64,000 bases of DNA from Octopus vulgaris (Eukaryota). Below, piece by piece: positions 25,781 through 37,554 of the stretch. The position numbers and the translations under genes are program-made. The notes beneath the pieces were generated by a model. That model ran no database searches and was not told the origin of the DNA. It was given only the letters and a program-made list of their open reading frames with translations. Position 1 is the first letter of the stretch, and each line of letters starts with the position of its first letter. Location: contig OX597817.1 of the NCBI GenBank assembly GCA_951406725.2, positions 83,762,001 through 83,826,000 of the forward strand, in the 5' to 3' direction.

Positions 25781-27318
25781 TCAGCTATACCCAATTTATC
25801 AATATCGCCTCATGTCACAGCTTTGTAGATATTAAAACAATGATGACATTTGACCCGTATATGGAATAGCAGGGGTTACTGAAGGCACATCGCTCAGTGG
25901 TTAGAATGTCATGCTCACAGTGATAAGGTAGTGAGTTCAGTTCCGAGACTGGGCTCTGTGTTATGCTCTTCAGCAAGACACTTTATTTCACGTTGCTTCA
26001 GTTAACTCAGCTGTAGAAATAAGTTGCGGTGTCACTGGTACCAAGCTGTATTGGCCTCAGCCTTTCCCTTAGATAACATCGGTGGCATGGAGAGGGGAGG
26101 CTGGTATGCAAGGGTGACTGCTGGTCTTTCACAAACAACCTTTCCAGAGGTTACTGAGATGGTAGAGATCTTCAATAAATGTGTAACAGTATTTTTGTTT
26201 CGTCCATGATGTTTCATAGTTCAAATAGCACTATGGTTAATTTTATCTATCATAAACCAAAATCAGTCCAGTCAATTGCATGATTAATTGAGAAAGGTGG
26301 GGGTAAGGAAAGAGAAGTAAATAAATTGATAGAATGACTGACAGATTGTTAGATATCAAAGGCTGGTGGGAGAGCAATATATATATATATATTGTTGAAT
26401 TAGGTACTTAAGTTGAAGCACCAAGTCAGTCCTGTATTATCTGCACAGACTGGAGTAAGGTGAATAAAATCAAAATAAGCAACAGGATATCAAGTATTGA
26501 TGCAGTATGACCATTTCAAATGGCTCCATTTAATTGAACAATGCAATCATTTCATCAATTTAAATGCAGTGCCATCTTCAGCTGCACAAATAAATAAATG
26601 GAATTTTAACAAGTAGGATATATTAATATAATTTTTCTGAAATATTTTTGCAGAGCAAGAAGATGGAACAAACTCATGTTGTCGTTATTGTAATTAAAAA
26701 TAGAGTTGAATCTTAAAAGAAAATTTTAATTAATTAATTAATTCATTCATACATACATACACACTTCATCATCATTATAATCATTTTGATATCTATTTTC
26801 CATGTTGGCCTGGCTTGGATAGTTTGACTAGAGCTGCAAGCTGGTAAACCAGAGAGCTGCACTAGGTTCCAGTCATCTGTTTTAGCATAATTTCTATGTC
26901 TGTATGTGCCCTCCTAATGCCAACAATTTTACAATAGCGATAACACGAATTTCTTCCATCTTCTTGGTCTGTTAAAATATTCCAGAAAAAGTTATATTAA
27001 TGCATCTTACTTGTTAAAATTCCATTTGTTTATTTGTTCAGCTGAATATGGCACTGCATTTAAATTGATGAAATGATTGTATTGTACAATTAAATGGGGT
27101 CACTTGAAACAGTTGTACTGCATCACTATTTGATATCCTGTTGCTTATACATATATATATATATACATGCACACATACACACACAATTAAACACATAAAT
27201 GCAAAGCAAGGTGGAACAAATAGTACTCGAATACTGCAGGTAGAGTAATATGCCTTTCTATTAAAGCTGCAAAAACATCACAAAACTGTGATGTTTTTGC
27301 AGCTTTAATAAAAAAAAG

Positions 27319-27381
<63 letters not shown>

Positions 27382-27529
27382 AGTTCAAATAAACAAACAG
27401 TTAAAAAAACAAAAAAGAGCTAAACAAATGTGAGGACATGCACAAGAAATATACTCAATGAAGAGAGAGAGTTGTCCTTAATATTTCAAGCAGTTCTATG
27501 TTGGAAACAGGAAAGTCCAAAAAGAAAGA

Positions 27530-27587
<58 letters not shown>

Positions 27588-27669
27588 CAATTGCAGCGTG
27601 GAAGGTGTTTGTAAGCCATTTAAGAAACACACAAAAGCCGTTCGATTCACTTCAACATTTAAGTTTAAT

Positions 27670-27718
27670 TTGTCAAAATATTTTCATCGCTTTAAGACCG
27701 CGACCTGTTCACTGACAA
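27670..27718 (-). ncRNA. Hammerhead-like motif with G3:C8 core
   Basis: uuguca GUGAACA G gucgc-ggucuuaaa-gcgau GAA AAUAUU U ugacaa; second partial copy at ~48270-48312. Confidence 0.6.
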
Positions 27719-27732
27719 TAATCCGTGCTGCA

Positions 27733-27779
<47 letters not shown>

Positions 27780-28043
27780 CATCTGTGCTAGTGTCACATA
27801 AAAACCACTTGTGCTGGTTACACATATACAAAAGCACCCAGTACACTCTGTAAAGTGGTTGGTATTAGGAAGGGCATCCAGCCATAGAATCCATGACAAA
27901 ACAGATGACTGGAAGCTAATGCAGCTCTCTGGTTTGACACCTTGCTGCTCTGATCAAACCATCCAAGTCAGGCCAACATGGAAAACAGATATCAAAATGA
28001 TGATGATGATTATTATTATTATTATGATGATGATGATGATGAT

Positions 28044-28079
<36 letters not shown>

Positions 28080-28182
28080 TGTATGTATGTATGTGTTGAT
28101 TAATTAATTAATCAATTAATTAATTAAAATTTTCTTTTTGGATTTAAATCATAAATTCTCACATTTCTCAAATCATTTTCAG

Positions 28183-28368
28183 CTTATGAAGAATTCTTGA
28201 ATAGTATGGTACACAGTGAAGTAACAAATCTGCCCCGAGGAATTTACAGTTCATTAAACAGAAAGTATGGCACAGGAAACCAAGAGAAAGCTTTAGATGA
28301 AATACCAACCCTCCTTCAGCATCTTTATGAACAAACCAAACAACCAGGCCTGAGACCAGGATTAGCTG
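28183..28368 (+). CDS. FOCAD: Focadhesin-like exon AYEEFLNSMVHSEVTNLPRGIY...YEQTKQPGLRPGLA
   Basis: ttttcag acceptor, gtaaga donor, 186 nt. Carries the recognisable FOCAD motifs NxPRGIY and YExxKQPGL(K/R)PGLA. Confidence 0.93.
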
Positions 28369-30797
28369 GTAAGATTTAGATTTTTAAATATGTGCTTTAT
28401 ATAGATATGCTGTATATGAGAATGTTCTCATATACAGTATATTTATATAATATGCATGCATGGTTAAGTGCAGACATGGCTCTGTAGTTGAGAAGTTCAC
28501 TTCCAGTCATGTGCTTTGTGGGTTCAGTTCCACTTTGTGGCACCTTAAGCAATGGGTCAACCCGAGCCTTATAAGTGGATTTGATTGAAAACTGAAAAAA
28601 AGCATTGTGTGTTTGGTGGATGTGTATGAATAACAGACAGAAAGTGTATAGCAGTAGTAGTATATATTTCTGCTTCCTTGGGCATCATCAGTCCACTATC
28701 AGCTGCATACTTAGACACATTTAGCCTCAACTGATATTGAAAAATACTGATTAATGAATCATTGGTCTTGCAGTTGGCCAACAAGCTGGATAAAAATTTG
28801 CTGTTAATTCAAAATAATATTCTGTATATCATACTTAATGCAAATATACTGTGAAAACAATATTTGTCTCGGTTAGTGGATATTTGCTTTTGATGATGCT
28901 CACAAAAAGCAGAAATACATATTTAGCAATTTCACTACTGCTGCTAGACACTTTGTCTGCTACTGACATATTTCTGTGTTTTTTAACACTGTACATATAT
29001 ACAAGATGCTGCAGACAAATGCCACAGTTTCCAGTCTTTCTACTGTATATCTGTGTTTAGTATGATATACAAAATTGCTGTTTTGAACAAATATGGCTTC
29101 TGTCTCCAATAATGAATGTATATGTATGTGTGCATGTTTGAATTTCAAAGTATTGTATTCATTTCTATAACTTCAGCTCTTTTGGATCAGTTTCACAAAA
29201 CACATCTGCAAATATTTTGTTTCATTAATAACAGAGGAAACAAGTGACAGCAAGCAAAGCTTTCATTTTGTTACCTCACAGTAATTATCTTATATATCAA
29301 TTTCATAACAAAAGGGGATATATTAAGTTCAGGATTTTACAATTATTGGTTTCACCAAAATTTATCTGACAGCAAAATTATTATTTACTGTAAATCTTTT
29401 CTCTGCAACTTAGATATGTTTTGAAGTATAGCAGTTTTGTTCAGTTTTTATCTTTTTTTTTTGTTGTTAAATTCAATTTGATAATCAACTCCACAATTGC
29501 CTGTTTTGTATATGTGTGTATATCTTAGACTTGGCATTACATAGAGGATAAACAAAACTCAATTTATGAATATATATATATATATATATATATATACGTA
29601 CGATGTATTTTAAACTTAAATAGTAATTCCATTTATGTTTGTGTAACAGAGATATTTTGGTTGGATTATATAGTCATTAGTGTTACATTATTTTCTATAT
29701 TCTGTAAGTGTCACAATGTACTTTCCTATGCCTGATTTTTTTGTGGGAAGGGGGCCAGTTGATTAGATCAACCCCAGTACACAACTGATACTTGATTTAT
29801 CGACCCTGAAAGGACAAAATGCAAAGAATTTGAACTCAGAACGTAAAGACAGACAGTCATAATATACAAACATTTCTCATGGCACCATACACTGTTTATA
29901 GATGCTTACATTTTTAATGTTTTCCATGAATATTTCATGGGTCCAGCTTTTATATATTATTATTATTTTTATTATTATTGTTGTTGTTGTTGTTACTAGT
30001 TGACATTAGTTACAAAGTGAACTGAGGCGAGTTTTGTGCATAGTACTGGTCAAATTCATAATGCATGAACCTCTTGGCCCTTGAGCCACTTTGCAATTAC
30101 TGCCAATTTACTCCACCAAAGAAAAACTATATCTATATCATCATCTTCATCATCATTATTTAGCATTTGTCTTCCATGCTAGCATGCGTCAAGTTGTTCA
30201 ACAGGATATGATGGGCCAGAGGGCTGTTTTGAGCTCTAGTGTCTGGATGTTCTCCTTCTTAAAGCCAACCTCTTCAGAGAGTATACTGAGTACTTTGTTT
30301 GTAGCAGCAGCTCTAGTGATGTCTCCAAGGAGCTGGCAAGGCAAGACCCTCTGACAGAATGAGTGTAATATTGAGGGAGGTGGCTTTGTGCTAGATGTTA
30401 AGAGGTTAGTGTATGATAAGAGACAGGAACAGGTGTCTTAGTGTAGAGAAGCTACACCAACTGCAACGAGAGGAAATTGCAAATGGTGGAGATGATGTGT
30501 CAGGATGTAACCTCAATGTAGACGAAGGTGAATAAAGCGGAAAATAAGAACAGAGAATTGAGCATGGTTGAATGGGTAGTTTCGTAAGTGTGTGAAAGGA
30601 GGGTGACAGGTGGCCAGAGAAGAGGACAGAGGCGACTGCAGTGAATGTGTATGTCTGTAAGTTTGATAAAAGCTCAATATATCAATATATATTTAGTTCT
30701 AGGTAAATGTTTTAAAGTATGTTTAATTTTTTTCTATATGGTATGATTTGATTATATCATTGTTGAATTGCTACATGGTGGTTCTTCTCTAATTTAT

Positions 30798-30828
<31 letters not shown>

Positions 30829-30829
30829 C

Positions 30830-32520
30830 AATATGTTACATTACTCGGTAGTCAAGATAAAACTCTGAGTTTCAGATGCCGAAGTGGAAATCCACAACAC
30901 CATCTCTTCGGTTATCTGGCTATTTGAAAACGTTATGAAAAAATACCGTTAAATAAAGGGAAATTACTCTGTTATAACTCTGCTTGCCTGCGTACTTATA
31001 CATCGCTCGCATTTTTCGTCATAAAAATTATATAAAAATACATAAAAAATATATAAAAATATATAAATTCTTCTTGGGACATAACATAGAAAGCATGTTC
31101 TATCTGTTTTCTTTAGGGGACCAAAAACGTAACAGAAACTTAGTCACATGTGGGCATGATCCGAAAAGCTCTGTCCTTGTATTTAGACATGTAGTAGGGT
31201 CTAAGCTGCTTTTCCAGATAAGCCATCTCTCCATGTCGCATAGACCGCACCTTCTGCTGCCGTTAGTATAGGGCTTACATCTGGCCAAAATCTTCCATTG
31301 TATGTTATAATCGACACCTTTATCTCTTAAAGACCAAATATGATTAGACAATTGTGTCGCTTTTCTTTTGTTCCAGTGCCTAAAGCTCAAAATGTGGTTA
31401 TTGAACCTGGCCTTGAAATTACCCTCTGTAAGGCCCACGTATTTCTTCGTTGAAACGGTGTCTTTAGTGGTTATAGAGTTTACGGTAGCTTCATATATGA
31501 TGGTCTTGGACATGCAAGCTCCATTTAGCGGGCACAATTCTTTATTCCTGCATGAACAGCTGTTTTCTTCTTGTGTTTTTTGTATGTTATGTTTGATTAT
31601 GTTTTTAAAATTGGTAGTTGAACTAAAACTAATTTTTAAATTGTGTCTATTGAAGAGTTTCCTATAAGTATGGTTAACTGGAAAATGTCTATCTATCAGT
31701 GCTAGGAAATATTTACCTATATTGAAGGCCACCTCGGGTGAGTAAGGGGCGTAAACCAGATGACCTTCCTATTTCTATTATTCCTTTTCTTTACTGTTGG
31801 GCTAGTGATAGGTGTATATTTTATTTTATCGCTAAAACCACTATCTTTTAAAGCCTTATTATAAACTGGGGCAACGCTATTGAAGATGTCCTCATCAGAT
31901 AAGAGGCTAGAAATCCTCTTACTAATATTTTTAACTAAATTTTTGAATACTATAGGGGGATGGCATGAACCTACATTAATATAACTTAGTCTATCATTGG
32001 GCTTCCTATAAGGCTTATAAATATTCTTATTAAGATCAAAGGAAACGTCTAAGAAATTGACAACCGTCAAGTTAGTATCTATAGTTATACTAAGTCCGAA
32101 GTGCTTCATTAACTGGATAATATCCTTCCTAAAACGATCTTGTGCTGGTCCATTTGTATTAGCTGTTAAGGCGAGGGCATCATCTTTGTAGATGGCGAAA
32201 TGTACGTTAGGGAATGTCTTACCTAAGGTATCTAGGAGAAAAAGTCCAATTAGATCACAGATGCCTGCCCCATCATATGAACCCATGCTCACATCGAAAG
32301 CGCCCTCTGTGTCGGTGTTTTTTACCCACTTTGCGTCCTCACTGAAAAGTAAGGTCTTTCTAGCATGGAAGATTATTACCTTATCATTGGTACTAATTTC
32401 TATGAAGTCACTAGCAAGGATGAGGGCTTTATCTAGCAGTTCTTTAGAGATAGAAGCATAAAAATCAACAATATCGAATTGTGTAAACCTCGCTTTTTTC
32501 TTATTCTTAATAGCTTTTTG
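30830..32520 (-). mobile_element. 5'-truncated Penelope-like element, Naiad-type (RT + GIY-YIG with Cys motifs), flanked by (TA)n
   Basis: FDIVDFYASI, FDVSMGSYDGA, YKDD, NFLDVSFDL, KPYRKPN; CSCRNKELCPLNGAC, IIYEA..KYVGLTE, CGLC, LNTRTELFGSCPH. Frameshift near 31750; hammerhead-like motif in the 3' region. Confidence 0.88.
30856..30916 (-). ncRNA. Hammerhead motif in the Naiad 3' region (C4 variant)
   Basis: gauaa CCGAAGA gaug...cauc u GAA ACUC a GAGU U uuauc. Confidence 0.7.
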
Positions 32521-32537
32521 TTGTCTTACCGTTTTAT

Positions 32538-32589
<52 letters not shown>

Positions 32590-32879
32590 CGAGTGTCTTC
32601 TACTATAGCCTTGGGCTAGCCAAAGCCTTGTGAGTGGATTTGGTAGATGGAAACTGAAAGAAGCCCATCATCTATATATATATATATAGTTCACAGATGA
32701 GATTCAGATATTCTCCATATAGAAGACAGTAGTGCTCAAAAGATTCAGATTCAATCTTAGGCTCTGATATCTTTGCAGGAGGTCATTTCATAAGGTAAAA
32801 AAAGGCTATAAGAGGAATTAGCTGATCTATACCCGTTCAACCTGATCTTTCTTATAGCCTTTCTTTGCCTTGTGGAATG

Positions 32880-32930
<51 letters not shown>

Positions 32931-32933
<3 letters not shown>

Positions 32934-33487
32934 GCCCTGATGCAGTACCAGGCAGTGGCTCTCATGGCTTCTGATCTTAACTGATTGGAAGTGTTATCAT
33001 GTACATTGTTTTGTCTTGGTATAAAAGATGGGCTACAGAAAATATTCTGCTCAATACCACAGATTTGCTTGTCAGTTGTTTGACTGTAACCAGTTGAGCA
33101 TGTCCCTTAGTGGCTGACGATATGTGCATCTCTGACCACGAGCAGAAGTAGTGGGGGAGCATCATAGCCATGTGTTGAGAGGGATTCTTTGGGGTTTGAA
33201 TAGTTCACCTCTGGAAACATGGGTGGTTCTTTCAACATCCTTAAACAACCCTTATTCAGGGACCATTTGAGCGGGATGGGCTACTCAACCTGAAGAAAAT
33301 TCTAACTGGGCCCCACCTGCAAGGTCATGTGCTGTTTATCTTGATATGAGATTACCATGTCGCGCACATATGGTTGTGATGCATGTGCCTGGTGTACCTT
33401 TATCAGACGGGTAGTCATGATGGGTATATTGGGCTTCGTATATTTTACCCCAGTGTCACTTTGATGGCATGAACTGCTCTCTCACTC
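32931..33487 (+). mobile_element. ~555-bp non-coding (AAT)n-flanked retroposon, copy 1
   Basis: Tandem copy at 33503-34030; further copies at 53752-54255, 59629-60067(-) and 60127-60620(-). Shared 3' end, variable 5' ends. Confidence 0.85.
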
Positions 33488-33502
33488 AATAATAATAATA
33501 AA

Positions 33503-34030
33503 TACCCTGACGAAGTACCAGGCAGTGGCTCTCATAGCTTCTGATCTTAACTGACTGAAAGTGTTATCATGTACATGTTTTATTTAGGGGTAAAGGATGG
33601 GCTACAGAAAATATTCTGCTCAATACCACAGATTTGCTTGTCATTTGTTTGACCTTAACCAGTTGAGCATACCCCTTAGTGGTTGACAATATGTGCATCT
33701 CTGATCATGAACAGAAGTATGGGGGAGCATCATCATAGCCATATGTTGAGAGGAACTCTTTGGGGTTTGAATAGTTCACCTCTGGAAACATGGGTATTTT
33801 GTTCAACATCTTTAAACAACCCTTATTCAAGAACCATTTGAGCAGGATAGGTTACTCGATCTCAAGAAAATTCTAACTGGGCCCTACCTGCAAGGTCATG
33901 CACAGTTTATTTTGATATGAGATCACCATGTCACACACATATGGTTGTGATGCATGTGCCTGGTGTACCCTTATCAGCCTTGTATATTTTACCCCACAGT
34001 CACTTTGATGGCATGCGCTGCTCTCTCAAC
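33503..34030 (+). mobile_element. ~555-bp (AAT)n-flanked retroposon, copy 2
   Basis: Collinear with 32931-33487. Confidence 0.85.
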
Positions 34031-35602
34031 CAATAATAATAATAATAATAATAATAATCCTTTCTACTAAAGGCACTAGGCCCGAAATTTTGGGGGATGG
34101 AACTAGTCAATTACATCATCCCCAGCCTTTCACTGGTACTTAATTCATCAATGTCAAAGGGATGAAAGGCAAAGTTGATCTCAGCTTAATCAGAACTCAG
34201 AATGTAAAGACAGACAAAATGCCATTAAGCATTTTGCCCAGTATGCTAATGATTCTGCCAGCTTACCACCTTATTAATAATTATAATAATAATAACAATA
34301 GGTATCATCATCATCAATTAACCTTTTAGGATTTAAACTGACCATATCAGGCCAAAAAATTCTACTTGTTTTGTATTCAAACTTGCCAGATCTGGCATTT
34401 CACACCTCTCCTACTATGTTATTCTAAAAATAAAAACTCACATGAGGAAAATCTCAAAACTACGAGGTAACACATAATAAATAATCATCGTATTTGATAC
34501 AGTAATCTGGATGATGAAAGGTTAACATTGTTTTGTTTCTTTTTATTTTCATCACACATGTACATTGCAATGAATAGTGTCTACACAGAAGTAAAACCAT
34601 TTTGTAATTATATATTTTAGAATATTTTATTATGTGTTTTTGTATTTATCAGCTTTTGGTTGTTTAATATTGTATTTTGAAATAATTTGAATATGAAAAA
34701 TATACTTTGGAATACAAAATCTTGAAATAATTCAATTGTAGTAATGTGTTTTGGATATGATATGGTATTTTGGAATATGTGATAATGTATTTTGAAATAA
34801 TTTGATTGTGATAATGTACTTTTCAATACACACCATTGTATTTTGAGATCAATTGATTGTAATTATATATGCCGGAATTAATTATCTGCAGTATAATAAA
34901 AATAGCATATTTCCTCCTCCTTTTTATATGTGTATAGTTGAAATTTATAGAAAAGCGAAAGATGAAGACAGGTGTATGAACAGCAAGAAAGTGTATTAGT
35001 TTGACGCTCAGAAAAAATTAATAAATCTTTTTATGTTTTGAGCCTATGCTCTTCAACAGAAAGTAATATAAGGTAAAAAAAAACTGAGAGAGAATGAAAA
35101 AAACATGTAGTGTTCAGCAGTCCAATATAGTGAATCATTGGGAAAAAAGAGATAGATCGAAAGACAGACAGACAGACAGGCAGGCAGGCAACCCACCCTC
35201 CCACCCCATTTCATGTAACCTTAAGCAAGTGTCTTCTACTATACCTGGGCCAACCATTGCTTTGTGAGTGGATTTGATGGATGAAAACTGAAAGAAGCTT
35301 GTATATATATAAGCATGTGTGCATGTGTGACTCCTATTTCCTGCATATTCATGTGTTTACATTTGTTCGTAAGCAATGACTTTATTTGCAATATCATTTA
35401 TATCCAGTTCTCCATGTAACCATGTCCAGGTTGTTTGTTGTTTGATAAACTAGAAATTTATTATTTCACTTTAAAACAGTTAGATGTTGGTAACAGTAAG
35501 AGAATCCAGTCTCTCTGCTCTAATGTAACCTTGCTTGACTCATATGAGACTAAAAATCTAAACATTATAACAAAGATGTATTATTATTATTATTATTATT
35601 AT

Positions 35603-35643
<41 letters not shown>

Positions 35644-36645
35644 TTACTACTACTACTACAGAGAGCTAGCAGAATTATTATCAAGCTGGGCAAAATACTT
35701 AGAGGTATTTCACCTGCCTTTACATTCTGAGTTCAAATGCCACTGGGGTCGACCTTACCTTTCATCCTTTTGAGGTTGATAAAATAAGTACCAGATGAGC
35801 ACTGATGTCAATGTAATCTATTATCCCCCTCTCTCAAATTTCAGGCCTTCTGCCTTTAGTAGAAAGGATTATTATTATTATTATTATTATTATAATATTG
35901 TTTCTACACTCAACAAAACACTTCATTCATGTTTATGTTTTGAGCAAAAGTTGGTGAAGTTCACTTTGCCTTTCAGGATCAATGATATAAATAATAATAA
36001 ATGCGCCCTTTTAAAGCCTAGCCAGGCTCATGGGCCCGGTTTCCTGGTTTCTATGGCGTATGTGTTCCCCAACTGGACAGGACACCAGTCCATCACAGCG
36101 TTACTCATTTTTGCCAGCTGAGTGGACTGGAGCAATGTGAAATGAAGTGTTTTGCTCAAGAAGACAACATGTCACCCGGTCCAGGAATCGAAACCACAAT
36201 CTTACTATCATGATGCTGACACCCTAACCACTAAGCCACATGCCTCCACAATAATATAAGTTCCGGTCAAATACTTGGGTTGATGTAATCAACCAGTACC
36301 CATCCCTCAAAATTTCAGCCCTTGAGCCTATTGTAGAAAGGATTATCATTGTTGTTGTTGTTGCTGTTGTTATTTAGTCTGTCACTAATTAAATTATTGA
36401 TTTCTTACATTGGCACAGAGCATTAATGTGGGGGAAGGTGTGAAGCTAGTTCTATTAATGACAGAGAAACAATAAATAAAGTTAAACAAGAATTTACCAG
36501 AATTAAACAGGGAATTTATAGTGTTAAAGTTAAAAGTATGTCTCATTTCTTCCTTTCTATCACCATCACTTATGTTCTTATATTAACTATTCAATTGCTT
36601 CATTTATTTTATTTGACTTATATTATTTTCATGATTTATTTCCAG

Positions 36646-36761
36646 CTGGCCTGCTCTTTGCTTATAACCTACCGGCTGAACAAAACAAAGCACCAAAGCC
36701 TCATAAAATACTGAGCCGAAGCAAAAATTTCCAGCAGATGTTCAGTACGTTACTTCATGAG
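36646..36761 (+). CDS. FOCAD: Focadhesin-like exon AGLLFAYNLPAEQNKAPKPHKILSRSKNFQQMFSTLLHE
   Basis: ttccag acceptor, gtacct donor; phase 1 to 0, continuing the frame. Confidence 0.88.
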
Positions 36762-37461
36762 GTACCTATATTATTGATTTTGATTGATTTTATTTTGATG
36801 GGTATTATAATTCACTGTAGATGCAGTGTGGCCAAATGTTTTGCAACTACAAGGCCTTGTGTTTAGTCCTACAGCATGGCATCTTGAGCAAATGTCATTT
36901 TCTATAGCCTTGGGTTGACTTGTACCCTATGAGGGAAACTGAATAGACAGAAACTGCTTAGAAGCCCATCAGTAATTTAAAGATGCAGCTTTGTCACATA
37001 CTATGCCTGAGAATTTTGAGATCCCAAAACCAAAGTTAGGCACTAAAACCAAAGTGTCACACCAAACCATTGCTGTGAATGCTGGTGTCACATAAAATGC
37101 ATTGGTGATGATGCCATGTAAAAAGCACTCACTACCCTCAGTAAAGTGGTTGGTGTTAGGAAGGACATCAAGCCATAGAAATCAAACAAAAACAAATTAT
37201 AAAACCTAGTGCAGATCCTGGCTTTACCAGTTCCTGTCAAGCCATCCAACCCATGCCAGTATGGAAAACAGACATTAAATAATAATGATGATGATGTATG
37301 TGTCTATGGAATTTTGGAGCAGGTAATTCACTTGATCAAACAACTGACTCCTGAATGTTGAATGACAAAGATATACCTCCACTATAATTTACTATTGCAT
37401 GTTTATAGATACCTGGCTTTCATTGTTCTCATAAATTCTCTTCTGTTTCACAAAATTTCAG

Positions 37462-37554
37462 GTCCCAGTTCAACCTTCAGAATGGCACCGCTGTCTGCTA
37501 ATGCCTCATACGTGGGTTTCATTTATAGACCGTCTTTTTGTTGCAATGATTGAA
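37462..37554 (+). CDS. FOCAD: Focadhesin-like exon VPVQPSEWHRCLLMPHTWVSFIDRLFVAMIE
   Basis: tttcag acceptor, gtaagt donor, 93 nt; SEWHR...P..W motif of FOCAD. I found no further exon in the remaining 26 kb. Confidence 0.92.

Noticed and set aside
31100-31732. Selenoprotein-type Naiad
   Set aside because: No in-frame TGA at the conserved Cys positions in this copy.
34670-34850. Repeated gtattttgaaata motif
   Set aside because: Probably a decayed DNA-transposon subrepeat in low-complexity AT sequence; cannot be classified.
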